Below, piece by piece: positions 10,862-21,873 of a DNA stretch of 64,000 nucleotides; the first letter of the stretch is position 1; each line of letters begins with the position of its first letter. The DNA lies in NCBI GenBank assembly GCA_964394935.1, contig CAYMZN010000001.1, positions 55,210-119,209 of the forward strand. The letters run 5' to 3'. Origin of the DNA: an uncultured Candidatus Bathyarchaeia archaeon (lineage in GTDB: Archaea; Thermoproteota; Bathyarchaeia; 40CM-2-53-6). The notes under the pieces are model-generated. The model saw only the letters and a list, made by a program, of their open reading frames with translations. It was not told the DNA's origin and did not search any database. Made by a program: the position numbers and the translations under genes.

Positions 10862-11395
10862 TTGCCATCTTGGCTCATGGTCCGCCTCATGGAAGATTCC
10901 GACTACGAGCTAGTGGCACTGTACGGGTTCTCGGCCAAGTACCCGAAGAACGCACGTCTTGAATTTAATCGAAAATCAACTAGGAAAAAGGGCGACTTGA
11001 TCTTTCATTTGGAAGAGGGGTTCAAGGTCTTTCTTTCGTGGGGAAGCCTAGAAGAAGCGAAGAAGCGATACTCCACCGCGGCTGCGCAGGCTTCCGGCAG
11101 CGTTGAGCGTTCCGTCAAGAGCACCGGTGGGAAATTGGACGGAACTCCCGAGACCAGGAACCTGAAGATTCAGGATCACGATGCCGTCTATACCCATGCG
11201 AGGATGCTCGTCGAGCAGAGAGGCTTCCTGTTCGGTACGCGCCGCGTCACCCAAGACGCGTACGCCCTGCACGTGCACTGCGAAGATTCCGAGAGATACT
11301 ACGTCCTGTACGCCTTCGCACGGCCTGAGGTCTCTGAGGAACTAGGGAAGATCTTCCACCCCATGATGTACTCCTTGAAATGCCACACATCCTAG
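10862..11395 (+). CDS. Hypothetical protein
   Basis: 177-aa ORF with protein-like composition; start may be 10889. Confidence 0.6.
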   Translation: MPSWLMVRLMEDSDYELVALYGFSAKYPKNARLEFNRKSTRKKGDLIFHLEEGFKVFLSWGSLEEAKKRYSTAAAQASGSVERSVKSTGGKLDGTPETRNLKIQDHDAVYTHARMLVEQRGFLFGTRRVTQDAYALHVHCEDSERYYVLYAFARPEVSEELGKIFHPMMYSLKCHTS

Positions 11396-11626
11396 CCTTC
11401 CGCTTTGTTCTTGTCAGCTTCTCGAACCATACTCCAGATCGTTTTCTCGACATTGGCGCGCAGGGTGGACGGTTTGTGACGCTACCGTAGCGGGATCGTT
11501 ATGAAAGCCCTAGTTTTGAACGCCATCTAATAGAATGCGACCTAGCAGAAGAACGACCGTACAGACAGGCAATATATTCCACATCTCACATTACCCAGTG
11601 TCACTGTTGATTCGTGAGCTTCGGTT

Positions 11627-12814
11627 ATGTGGGACAGATTGTCAACAAGATCTCTGGTTGTTTGCAACGGGGTCGTCTACACGCCATCCTCCGTGATTGA
11701 GGACGGAGCCATTTTCGTAAAAGAGGGCAAGATCGAAAAAGTTGGTTCCAGAACAGAGATTTCTGACGAAGACCTCGAAACGATAGACGCCCAAGGGCAA
11801 CTGATCTGTCCAGGTTTCATTGATCTTCAGGTGAACGGTGGGGGAGGAGCGTTTTTGACAGAGGACGGAAACTACGAGTCCGTTTGCAGAATTGCGAAAA
11901 CACATTTGTCTTTTGGAACGACGACCCTCATGCCTACCGTGATAACGGCTCATGAGAAACAAATCCGCGCAGCCCTCTCTGCAGTAGGCGATGCCGTTCG
12001 CAAAGGGACTGGAACCGCATCCATTATTGGGAGTCATCTTGAAGGGCCGTTCATCAACGAAAAGATGAAGGGCGCTCATGATGAACGTTATGTTCTCCCG
12101 CCCTCGGTTGACCAGTTTTCGTCATTCTATGAGGCCTCGCAGGGCACATTGAGACTCCTCACAATGGCGCCAGAGTTGCCGGGGAGTCTGTCCCTCATGG
12201 AACATGCAACTGCGATGGGCTTGACTGTCTCTATTGGTCACACGACAGCGACGTTCTCAGAAGTCGAGAGGGCTGTGGAGGCTGGCGCAACGATGGCGAC
12301 TCACATTTTCAACGCCATGGAAGGTCTCGGCAATCGCGAACCTGGAACCGTCGGCGCGATATTATCTATCGACAAGCTTCGAACAGGATTGATAGCAGAC
12401 GGTATTCACGTGCATCCCATGTCGATGAAAGTCTGCATTCAAGCAAAGGGTGTGGAGAAGGTATTCCTCGTTACTGACGCGATGCCCCCAGCCGGCACGT
12501 CAATGACCAGCTTCCGACTCTATGATAAGCAGATCTACGTGAAGGAAAGAGGACTGTACGACCTAGATGGCACGATTGCAGGGAGCACTTTGACGATGAA
12601 TAGGGCGGTGAAAGTCATCCAAGAACTTGTTGGTATACCACTCCAGAAAGCCATAGCCATGGCGACGATAAACCCCGCCGTCGCCGTTGGAATCGACAGT
12701 CTGAAAGGCAGCCTGCAGGCCGGAAAAGATGCGGACATGGTGATCTGTGACCCCCAACTGAACGTTTCCAAAGTATTGGTAAGAGGCAGGGTTGCTTACG
12801 ATGCTGCAAGCTAG
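11627..12814 (+). CDS. nagA: N-acetylglucosamine-6-phosphate deacetylase
   Basis: PGFIDLQVNG, HLEGPF, GHT, THIFNAM, IADGIHVHP, VTDAM, IAGSTLTM. Confidence 0.93.
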   Translation: MWDRLSTRSLVVCNGVVYTPSSVIEDGAIFVKEGKIEKVGSRTEISDEDLETIDAQGQLICPGFIDLQVNGGGGAFLTEDGNYESVCRIAKTHLSFGTTTLMPTVITAHEKQIRAALSAVGDAVRKGTGTASIIGSHLEGPFINEKMKGAHDERYVLPPSVDQFSSFYEASQGTLRLLTMAPELPGSLSLMEHATAMGLTVSIGHTTATFSEVERAVEAGATMATHIFNAMEGLGNREPGTVGAILSIDKLRTGLIADGIHVHPMSMKVCIQAKGVEKVFLVTDAMPPAGTSMTSFRLYDKQIYVKERGLYDLDGTIAGSTLTMNRAVKVIQELVGIPLQKAIAMATINPAVAVGIDSLKGSLQAGKDADMVICDPQLNVSKVLVRGRVAYDAAS

Positions 12815-13386
12815 GTTAGCTGTCAGCAGGTGCCAGGTAAGCGGAGTTGCTTGAGTTGAGCAAGATAACGACGTGGGTTTCACTCGGTGTGACGAATTTG
12901 GCCGAGGCGCTGAGCATGACACACCCTATAGCAAGAACTAGCATCGACTGAGTGGAGGCACGCTATCCGGAATCTGTACGTACTCGTCGCTAATTGAACG
13001 CCGGAGGACTCCTGGATTTGTGAGGCTCTATGCGGTCTACATGTATTTTCAAGCTCTGATTCTGAGGGCTGTGTCCCGATGCTTGGAGGATTTCTTTCCG
13101 TGGAGCCATGTCCCGGTTTAGAATTGGGTTCAATGCTTCAGCGACCTGAACCGGTTCTTCGCTGTAGGGCGTGTTCGATCTTCCTAACGGATCAAGGATC
13201 GGACTCAGAGGTTTCCATACCGCAGAGAGCGTTGTTGGCTTCAGCACATGGAGGGCTGGCCAAGCTACTAGATGTCCTGCTCGTCCGCCTCGAACGTCGA
13301 GGCACCTTCAAGCCATCAGCGACTCTTGAACTGAGCCAAATCACAAAAGGACCGAAAGACCCATCTTAGCGTAGCGAAGCCTCCGT

Positions 13387-14319
13387 TTGGGCTCAATTAG
13401 GTTGGTGAAGACCATCTCTGAGCGTTTGTATGAAAGAGGTGTCAAAGTGATTCCTGGCGGAGTAACGAGGCCGTTCCATTTTTCGATCCGTATCCCTTCT
13501 ACGCCAAAAAAGCATACGGAAGCAAGGTTGTTGACTTCGAGGATAATGTGTACTCGGATTTCTGGATAGGTCATGGCGCTCTGGTCCTGGGCCACATGCA
13601 TCCTGCAATAGTTGGGGCCACCAAGGAACAGCTTCAGCTAGGATTTCACTTAGGAGTCTGCAACGAATGGGAAGTCAAATTCGCCGAACAGGTAGCTAAG
13701 CTGGTTCCTAGCGTAGGCATGGTAACTTTCAACAACAGCGGTACTGAAGCCAATATGCACGCCATGAAGCTGGCTGGAGCGTACACTAAGAGAGACAAGG
13801 TTGGCAAGTTTGAAGGCCATTTCCACGGAATTCTTGAGCCAGCGGTGGGCGGAGGTAATGGAGCTTATCAATCATCTTAGCCACCCAAAGAAGTCCGAGC
13901 ACGTCGTACGAGGCGGCACCTATGTCGGGAATCCTCTGGTTATGCGGGCTGGCTAGGAGGCAACAAAGGTGTACGAGAGGGCGGATTCCTACACCCACAT
14001 AGACAGGCTTGGCCGCAAGCTAATGAAAGCCCTGCAAGATGCGATCGAAGACGCACGAGCCAAAGCGCACGTAACAGGGTGTAATTCAATGGCTAAACTA
14101 CACCTTCTAAAGCATGAGATCGAGACCAAGGACTTGAAGTCATTGGTCACAAACGCGGACCGGCAAGCCGAGAGAGAATACTTCCGCCACTTGATTTCAA
14201 AGGGAATACTCGCTATGATGCCTAGTGAAGTACATTTCTACGTTTCACTAACGCATAAGGAAGAGGAAAGCCAAAGCACAGTCGCTGCGACCCAAGAGTT
14301 CCTAAAATCACTCCGCTAG
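13387..14319 (+). pseudogene. Glutamate-1-semialdehyde aminotransferase-like class III aminotransferase, frameshifted with an internal deletion
   Basis: IPGGVTR, 1-nt frameshift in T-run near 13480, DFWIGHGALVLGH, NSGTEANM, KFEGHFHG; central PLP region missing; C-terminal piece at 13969-14319. Confidence 0.8.
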
Positions 14320-14584
14320 GAATAGTCGTTACCTAGCATCCCTCGAAACTCCCGTGGAACCGGACTAGAACGATGCGCCACTTCACTCGAGACTGATGTC
14401 GGCGAGCCACGAATGACAACGAAACTATAGCCTACACTCGACCACTGAGCGAAAACTGCATGTTCGAGAATGCCACGAGCTGGTGCTGACGGGCCAGGCC
14501 GTAGGGAAGTCGGATAGCCCAAACTTGTGCGGGTGGTGTTGGTCCTGACTATCCTTGCTGATTTGTGAGTAGAACGCAAGATGT

Positions 14585-15631
14585 CTAGGAATAGTTCGAT
14601 GAACGGAGGTAGACCCTGATGTCCTGGCTGAGAACTGATGGCAGGGGCAGGTCTTTCATCGTAACGAGCCCTGGCTCGGCGTTCAACACCTTAGGGATCG
14701 TGTTGACGATTACTGCCACCGTCCCAATGTCACCGTGGACTCCTCCAATGATTCTCTCGTTTACCTTTGGAACTCCCTCGATTGAGACTGCATCGTATTC
14801 TTCTTGCACGCCCGCATGTGAGACGAATTCCATTAGTATGACAGGCTTTCCGTCCTTGATTCCGTGCGCGACGCTCTTGAGCCCGGTGACACACCCTGGT
14901 TTCACAGTCGTGTACGAAGTCACCACTTGCTTCTGAGCTATGAACGGTTCCGGCGCGAACTCCTTTATTTCGTCAAGTTTCCATCCTAAGGCGGCCGCAA
15001 TCATCGCTGCTGATTCAGGGAGGCCCACGTGCCCTGTGATGGTCTTTTCACGAATCATCTTCGCAAATTCCTCGGGAGTAAGTCCGGTTCCTATCTTCTT
15101 CTGATAAGGAATTCTCCGCTTGGATGAATCCATCATTCTTGTGACTTTGATGCTATCTACGCGCAAGCATGCCCCTGTGAGAGTGATCGGCAACACATCC
15201 ATGAGGTAACCAGGATTTATGCCTGTCCCAAGAATCGTCACGCCATGTTTCTTGGCCAGTTGATCAATTTCGTTTGATACTTCTGCGTACCTGTAGTATG
15301 GATAGGCAAGTTCTTCGCATGTCGAGATGACATCGACTCCCGCTTTAGCACATAAAATCAATTGAGGATGAATATCCTTGATCGAAGATTTTGTTGCAAC
15401 AACCGCTATGTCCGCTTTCACTCTTGAAAGCAAACCCTCAGCATCACTGGTTACTGTGACACCGAGTGTCTTGCCCAGGTTGAGGACTTCACCTAGATCC
15501 TTTCCGGAAAGGTCTTTCGCAATATCGACTGCGCCGACAATCCTCATTCCCTTCTTGTCCAACATTCCTTTAGCTATGGCTACCCCCAACGGCCCGAGCC
15601 CGAAAACGACGACTTTGATCTCGTTCTCCAT
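14585..15631 (-). CDS. NAD(P)H-dependent amine dehydrogenase / 2,4-diaminopentanoate dehydrogenase (Ord)-like
   Basis: FGLGPLG, ISTCEELAYP, GTGINPGYLMD, GHVGLPES, GGVHGDIGT. Confidence 0.8.
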   Translation of the reverse strand: MENEIKVVVFGLGPLGVAIAKGMLDKKGMRIVGAVDIAKDLSGKDLGEVLNLGKTLGVTVTSDAEGLLSRVKADIAVVATKSSIKDIHPQLILCAKAGVDVISTCEELAYPYYRYAEVSNEIDQLAKKHGVTILGTGINPGYLMDVLPITLTGACLRVDSIKVTRMMDSSKRRIPYQKKIGTGLTPEEFAKMIREKTITGHVGLPESAAMIAAALGWKLDEIKEFAPEPFIAQKQVVTSYTTVKPGCVTGLKSVAHGIKDGKPVILMEFVSHAGVQEEYDAVSIEGVPKVNERIIGGVHGDIGTVAVIVNTIPKVLNAEPGLVTMKDLPLPSVLSQDIRVYLRSSNYS

Positions 15632-15847
15632 CTGTGTTCTCGCTTGGCGCGTACGCTTCTTCCTAAAGATTTAAGTCTTCGATTAGGCGGCTTCGAATTC
15701 TTGTTCATCGGACGCTCGACACCGACGCGCAGGAATCCTAGGATAGAAAAGGCATAGAGTGCTCCGTCCAAGGTTTGTCCTGTGAGACCCTTCGTCGCAG
15801 GTGGGAGAGAGAGATGTCCTGAACTATGAAGTATCTCTGAGGCTAGA

Positions 15848-16678
15848 CTAGAGTTTCCAGATCCCGAATTCTCCTACTGTCTCGGACGTTTCCACAGGGT
15901 TGTACCACCGTTTCTTCGCGCCGACGATGGATCGCATCTTCCAGCCGGAAGTCCTGCGTTCACTTTCAATGACTTCCAGGAGTCTGTCAATCTTTGACGT
16001 TATGTCGCTCTTCTCAGCTTCCTGAAGGGAAGGCGTCTCCAAGGCAGCCTTCTGCAAGCCCCTCAAGTTCGTCGTGACTGTGTACCAGAAACCCCAATCT
16101 CTTGCTAAAAGGGTCGCGATGTACCGTGCGTCGATCGACTCAGGCGCCTGCCCCTCACTCATGGCGTGAGCTCGAAGAAGGAGCAGCGTGTCCTTGAGAT
16201 CCTTCTCGCTAAAGGAGACTATCTGCAGTTTCTCCAGCAGAAGGTCTGTAAGACATATCGTTGGCAAATCCAGTTCAAGTCTGCCTCTGAAATCAATCGG
16301 ATGATTCGCGGCAAGAAGCTTGTCGAAGAATACGTCGGCATAGAACCATCCGTCTGGGTGGAAGTATATCTGGCGTTGCGTCGCCGCGGAAGACAGAGTT
16401 GTCCGCCGCTTGCGGTAGCCACTAGACTCGAAGAACTTGCGCACAGCGTCTCGGAACTTTGAGTACGACACAAAGTCGAGGTCAGTATACTCCTGCTCAC
16501 CTGGTCCGAGTCTACTCAGCCTCTTCGCAAATTCAGCGAAATTTCCGCTGTGAACACGAATCGCGACACCGCCGATCAATCTGAGCGGTATCTTGGCCTT
16601 TGACGCCTCGTCCACAATCTTCCGCCCTGCCTCGAGGAAGGCTTCCGTTGGGACGACTCCGCCCCATTCGGCGGGCAT
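15848..16678 (-). CDS. Putative nucleotidyltransferase-fold protein
   Basis: LIGGVAIRVH...TDLDF NTase-like motif, DLLLEKLQI..EKDLKD; start set at MPAEW. Confidence 0.6.
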   Translation of the reverse strand: MPAEWGGVVPTEAFLEAGRKIVDEASKAKIPLRLIGGVAIRVHSGNFAEFAKRLSRLGPGEQEYTDLDFVSYSKFRDAVRKFFESSGYRKRRTTLSSAATQRQIYFHPDGWFYADVFFDKLLAANHPIDFRGRLELDLPTICLTDLLLEKLQIVSFSEKDLKDTLLLLRAHAMSEGQAPESIDARYIATLLARDWGFWYTVTTNLRGLQKAALETPSLQEAEKSDITSKIDRLLEVIESERRTSGWKMRSIVGAKKRWYNPVETSETVGEFGIWKL

Positions 16679-17048
16679 CCTGATGACTCTCTCTTCCAAG
16701 TCTCGGTGCCTGTGGGAAATCAGAGGGTTACAAACCTTAAAGCGTTGTGCGCGCGCGGTGAAAGAAATGGGAAATCCCATTCTCGGCGCCAGCCGGATGT
16801 GAGCAGGTGGCTCTTGATCCCTTTCTCTGTGAGGTCGAGCAAGAAACCTCGGAGGGCCCCTTTCTCCGGACTCGGTACGGGGGGATGGATTCGCTCGGCC
16901 AATCCCCGCCGCTCCTTTGGACTCGTGTATGTGTATGGTCAGTTAAACCGAGAGTTATCGTCTCTTGATGCTGATCTAGTTGCGCTACCTTCTGTTCCGG
17001 ATTGATGATGACTTTGGACTTGTTGAGCGGGACTGAGCCCTGCACTGC

Positions 17049-17381
17049 CTACTCTTCTTCAAGAAGTTCTAAGCTGACTCTGACTCTCTTGCCGATAGAC
17101 ATCTTTGTGGCTTGATCTGCTGGAACCAGCCACTCCTCGATGTGAGGTCCTGAGGTGCCAGCAAACCCGGGGCCCATTATCACCGCGCCAGGGATTGTTG
17201 TCCGGAGTTGCTTGGCAATGTTCTCCGTCATCTGCTGGGCGATTCTCTCCTGTTCCGACTGCGGATATGGTCTGACTCGTTGCTCGAGCGGCTCTTCGTC
17301 GAGCCTCACTTGGACGCGAACCTTCACAGGATCCTCGCTTTGCATGATCCCAACGACGGTCCCAGTTTTCTGGACCTTCAT
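17049..17381 (-). CDS. Hypothetical protein (weak arcadin-1-like pattern)
   Basis: 110-aa ORF, beta-helix-beta pattern. Confidence 0.6.
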   Translation of the reverse strand: MKVQKTGTVVGIMQSEDPVKVRVQVRLDEEPLEQRVRPYPQSEQERIAQQMTENIAKQLRTTIPGAVIMGPGFAGTSGPHIEEWLVPADQATKMSIGKRVRVSLELLEEE

Positions 17382-17491
17382 ACTATGGCGCCGCCTCCGT
17401 CATGATGCTGGGACTCCGATATGATCTGTTCGCTTTCGAGGCCCCCTATTGAAAGCATGGCAAGGCGTGAGTTGAATGCGCGGAGCTCCTG

Positions 17492-18685
17492 CTACTCTAT
17501 ATGTACCCTAAAGAGGTCGATGTCCGGACCTAGCTGGTCCAAGAAGTCTCTGGCGGCACGGTTGACATCTCTGGACTGGGTGATATATCGTCCCACCACG
17601 ATAATGTCCGCCTGCGCCTCCAACGCTGTCTTGAGGTTGCCCGGTTCTATTCCGCCGGCAACGGCGACGAGCAGTCTTCTTTCCTTGGATGCTTTCTTGA
17701 TTTCGCGGATCAGGTCCCATCTTGTACCTCCGGCCTTTTCCTCGTCAATCCCCCTATGGATGATCACGACATGCGGCGGTTCCTTGTACCCTTCAAGCAC
17801 GCGTAGGGGATTGGAGACATCCATCATATCCACAATGGAGTAGATTCCAAGCCTCTTTGCTTCGTAGATGAATTTGTCTACAGTGTCTTTCGAGGCAAGC
17901 CCTGACGCGACGACCGCATCTGCTGTCTCTTCGAAGGCGACATCTACCTCCACTTGGCCAACGTCAAGGGTCTTCAAGTCTGAAATTATGAAAGAGTCCT
18001 TTGCGACCGATCGTAACTCGTGGACGATTCCTGCGCCGTACTTCTTGACAAGCGGGGTTCCGGCCTCGAGTATGATCCTGTCGCTCGCCGGCAGTTGTCG
18101 AATGATCTCCTTGGCCTTCTCGATGTCTGTGACATCGAGCGCGACTTGGAGATAGGGCGGGTTCCAGAGGCGGGGGACTCTGAATCCCATGATCGGGTGC
18201 GTTGCCCTGTCCTTCTCATACATGATCTTTTCAAGGCTTGGATAGTTTGTGACGGCTCTCCTCAAAGCAAGCTTTGTTGCGCCGTAGTTGTAGTGGTATA
18301 TCTTGCGGTAGTCACGGGCCTCAGGATGAATGAAAACACTACATATAATCACCCAATCGTCGACCTTGTTCTCGGGAATGATGCCCTCCTCAACGGCATC
18401 TGCAACAGCCTTGGCAACTGCCGCTTGCGCTGGACCAAAGACCTTGGCGGCGTCCTCCATTCCCTTGATAGTCACCTTGGGGACGATTAGTGTGTGAGGC
18501 TTCGGCGGTAGATTTGGCCGAATCACCGCAAGAAGCGGCGTGTGCCCGGCTGATAGGCTTGCCAGACCACTTACGAAGGCCTGGCCTACCGGCCCATTCT
18601 TGTCGCCAACTACCAGATCAATGTGTGCAATCTCGGGTTCCTTGCCGACGAGTGCCTCGCCTATGAGAAACATGCTCTCATCCAC
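17492..18685 (-). CDS. fae-hps: Bifunctional formaldehyde-activating enzyme / 3-hexulose-6-phosphate synthase
   Basis: [63 protein letters not shown]. Confidence 0.93.
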   Translation of the reverse strand: MDESMFLIGEALVGKEPEIAHIDLVVGDKNGPVGQAFVSGLASLSAGHTPLLAVIRPNLPPKPHTLIVPKVTIKGMEDAAKVFGPAQAAVAKAVADAVEEGIIPENKVDDWVIICSVFIHPEARDYRKIYHYNYGATKLALRRAVTNYPSLEKIMYEKDRATHPIMGFRVPRLWNPPYLQVALDVTDIEKAKEIIRQLPASDRIILEAGTPLVKKYGAGIVHELRSVAKDSFIISDLKTLDVGQVEVDVAFEETADAVVASGLASKDTVDKFIYEAKRLGIYSIVDMMDVSNPLRVLEGYKEPPHVVIIHRGIDEEKAGGTRWDLIREIKKASKERRLLVAVAGGIEPGNLKTALEAQADIIVVGRYITQSRDVNRAARDFLDQLGPDIDLFRVHIE

Positions 18686-19351
18686 AGAACAGGGACTCGC
18701 TACAGCCTATGCAGCCTGTAGCCTTCTCTTAAATGACTTGTCTCGCAAGGTTCACGGCTAAGCAGCGTGTAGGAACGGTCAAAGCAATTCCTAACAAGAC
18801 AAGGCGTTTTCGCGGAGTCTAAGGAAATTATAATCTAGAGTCCAAGAACAGACGAAAGGGGAAAGAAATGAGGGGACTACTGGCCCAAGCGGGTGTATGC
18901 CGCTCAACCAGGCGTCGGTTCCACCGAGAAAGAAATCGGCGGAGCGCGAATCGAGCCCTAATGATGCCTTCAATACTTAAGGCAGTTCGGAAGGAAACGT
19001 CTGGATGATTCGTACACACGCGAGCGTGCTACGACCCACGCTTTGGATGTTCTCAAGAAACTCGAAGAACTTGGGTTGGCCCAGTAACTGCGACTCCAAG
19101 ACGGTATGAGGTCTAGCCTAGGCTCGCGATTGCCCCTTGCAAGACCCGACGGTCTTCTCCGCCAAAGCAAGGTAGGTTCCTTGAATCCTTGAGAGTATTC
19201 GCTGCCGTGGCGTCCGCCTAGACCGCGAAACCTACTTTGTGCAACAGCTGATCACCAGGAACCTGCCACGCGATGCGGCAAGCTCTCTCTCAATCGCTAG
19301 GTGTGATAGCAAGCTCGGATCACGAGGATCACAAGGCTTCTGCACGTAAGT

Positions 19352-21618
19352 TCATGTCTGCAGGGTTCCTTTGACCAGTGTCGTATCGTATCCGAGCGGT
19401 AGAAACAGATTGACAACTGACGAGATCAAGAGTTTCACGTACGCCTCTGCATCGTAGCCGATTGATTCCTCAAATAATTCGGAGGGGACAGCGCGTTTAC
19501 TTTGCATTGTTGCTCTATCAGCGGTTACTATGTAGCGAATGCTCTGCCCCGCGTGAATGTATCCTCCTTCTCTCCGTAGTTGTTGAGCAGCAACTACTTG
19601 ATGGCTGAAGCTTTTGTATTCTTCAGGTGATTTGCTCAACCTCTTCTCGAGTGTCAGCTTCTCGGCAGGGACTTCGCCGCTTCTAATCATGCGTATGTAC
19701 TTCCTTGTCACTTCAAGCGCTTGCGGGATGAGTTCGCGAAGTTCTATCGAATTCGACGCACGCGAAAGAAGGATTAGGATTTCTCTTTGACAGTCGCCGA
19801 CTATGCCTGCTGTGTCATGGCGTCTGAGATCGATCCCACGGGTCTTCATTGTTCCGTCTCGGAAGATGCCGTAGTATCTATTCAGCACAGGGATGCGAGG
19901 GTTGGTCCTGGAATTTAGGAAGACTATCCATTTGTAGATTCCTTCGAAACTTATCGGCAGGTCTAGTTCCGTTTCGATCTCGCGGCATAAGTTATGGTAT
20001 TCTTGTTCTGATGCGTTCTCTTTTCTGAGCCAGAGCGAGTCCACTATCCCGTGGATGACGTGGAAGCCTCTTGATTCAGCGATGGCACTTGCCCTTTGGA
20101 GAGCTTCCCGTGCGTAGGCGCAGGTTGCGATGTGTGCATCGATCTTGCCAAACCGCGCGTTCTTGAACCCAAGGTAGCCGACTGCTCGGTTTCGATTTAC
20201 TCATCGAGCACCTATGAGCAGACTAGGATCCATTTGAGCGCGGCTTGGCGTTGATCGTATCGCGTTCGTGTCGGAGGATCCTTCGTCTCATTCCTCCAGC
20301 GTTTGTACTCGGCTCGTTTCTTGAGTAGGACCTCAAGTGAGGCGGGGACGATCCCCTGCCGGCGTTTACATATGCGGAAGCCAACCTCTGGAACACGGTT
20401 GGGCGAGTCGGGACAGCATTCGCAGTTTACGGTCTCACCGCTCAGGTTGTTCTTCGACATGATCGTCGGATACAGTGAAGAGAAGTCGACTTCGCCAACC
20501 CAATCGTGAACTCCAAACTTTGGCTCATAGACGAACCCGCCTCGGTCGGCTAGGAGAAGATTGTTTCCGTCCTTGAAGTCTTCAGGTTGAGACTTGTTCC
20601 AAGGAATCATTACTCCTCGCTTTATGGCGTGGTAGATCTGGAGCGACGACATGCTTGTTCCAATCGTACTACGCGAGGCACGTTGGAGTGGGATGATGCA
20701 TGTTCGGGCAACCTCTATGAGACCTTCGAGACCGCAGTCGGTGTCGATGAAGCTGTTGCTGTAGTCTAGGTGTAGTCGGCCCATTAGGCGGGCTGCGGTG
20801 CTACGGTAGTAGATTCTTCCGTAGCTGAAGTAGCTTCGGCCTGTGACCTCGAAGACCTGCAGCGGTGCATGCTCTCTGCCAAGTACAAGTTTGTGGAGTG
20901 CGACGTGTTCTTTGGCGCGTTGGGCTATGTACGGGAAGATGAAGAAGTCGCCGCCGTCGGTGCGTACAATATCTGGATCGAACTCGTTGACCGCCCTAAC
21001 AAGGCCTAGTAGTTTTTCGGCTTCCGAGCCTGAGTCGATCCGTCTTTCCTCATGCTCCATAGTGATGGTTATGGTGTCGATCGGGTCGTTCAGAGTCGGT
21101 ATACGCTTGCTCGTCTTCGTGCTGACGGTCAGCTTGGCGATCCTGAATGGTGGGACCTCATATTTTGTGGATTCGGATGAATCGAGAAGACGCCAAAATA
21201 CGTGGTCGTTGTGGGTTTCGGCTTCGACATAAGCTAATGGGAAGAGATCTTTCTGGTAGAGGTACATCTGTGATGATGGTATGTCAACATCATATGGTCT
21301 GTACTTGCCTCCGTAGGCTGCAAGCCGCTGGATTTTCTGTGCTAGTGCTGTAGCTTCACGGTCAGAGAAGACCTTGATCTCAAGAACCTTAGACAGTGAT
21401 GAATCGTTTGGCCTCTCGAACCTCTCAACGAAACTGTATCGGTCACTGAGTTCAGGCCGAGCGACAAGGCCCAGCAGGTCGGTGAAGTTCCCGGCGATGT
21501 GGATCCTCGGGGTCCACTCGTCTACAAGTCTTACGCATTCACCGTCGCGTTTCTTCAGCCAAATAACCATGCAGCCTGATTTTGGGTAGAGGTCGAAGAG
21601 CCAGCCTTCTGTCTTCAC
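19352..21618 (-). CDS. polB2: Family B DNA polymerase of the PolB2 (Dpo2) group; join(21618..20214,20181..19352), 744 aa after removing a 32-nt intron
   Basis: DFSSLYPTIM, RQAALKWILVCS|FGYLGFKNARFGKIDAH, HGIVDSLW (PolB2-type replacement of YGDTDS), NRYYG, RGIDLRRHD; 1405+830=2235 nt with no stop after the join. Confidence 0.88.
20182..20213 (-). other. Putative BHB/BHL pre-mRNA intron in polB2 (AGGTGCTCGATGAGTAAATCGAAACCGAGCAG)
   Basis: Central helix GCUC/GAGC, bulges AU^A and AG^U, intron stem GGU..UCGAU-loop-AUCGA.ACC, exon stem UAGUC/GGCUA; cutting after the 2nd bulge nucleotide restores TCA-TTC-GGC (S-F-G). Confidence 0.8.
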
Positions 21619-21869
21619 TTCAGCTGCTCCTTCATTCGTCTTTCAAGTTCGGTGAGTCTCTTGTGATTCGCGAACAGCATCGAGAGCAGTAATGGGAACT
21701 CCTTCACCGATGAAGCGAGGACTCCGGCGGCTGAGGCGTAGAGCTTGCATTGGTTCATGAGGTCCTCGAAGATCGCCCGGTCCTCGACTCTGAGGAACTG
21801 TTTGAACTTGTTCATCTTCGCAAGTTCTTGCTCGACGACGATCCGCCAAGATGGGACGGTTCTCCCCAT
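21615..21869 (-). CDS. PolB2-associated small helical protein (arCOG07300-like)
   Basis: MGRTVPSWR...FKQFLRVEDRAIFEDLM...; 4-nt overlap with polB2 start. Confidence 0.8.
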   Translation of the reverse strand: MGRTVPSWRIVVEQELAKMNKFKQFLRVEDRAIFEDLMNQCKLYASAAGVLASSVKEFPLLLSMLFANHKRLTELERRMKEQLK

Positions 21870-21873
21870 CCCC

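Noticed and set aside
12990..13300. Possible FAD-oxidoreductase remnant on the minus strand
   Set aside because: Too degraded to assign by eye.
13470..13890. Breaks in the aminotransferase gene as further BHB introns or programmed frameshifts
   Set aside because: The lesions are a 1-nt loss and a large deletion, not insertions, and the PLP-binding core is missing.
17000..17040. C/D box sRNA (TGATGA...CTGA); similar motif at 444-475
   Set aside because: Spacing is too short for the two-guide archaeal architecture and no C'/D' boxes are evident.
19352..21618. polB2 as a pseudogene or a naturally split two-subunit polymerase
   Set aside because: 46 conserved codons lie between the two ORFs with no start codon, there are no other lesions, and the single insertion has BHB geometry.
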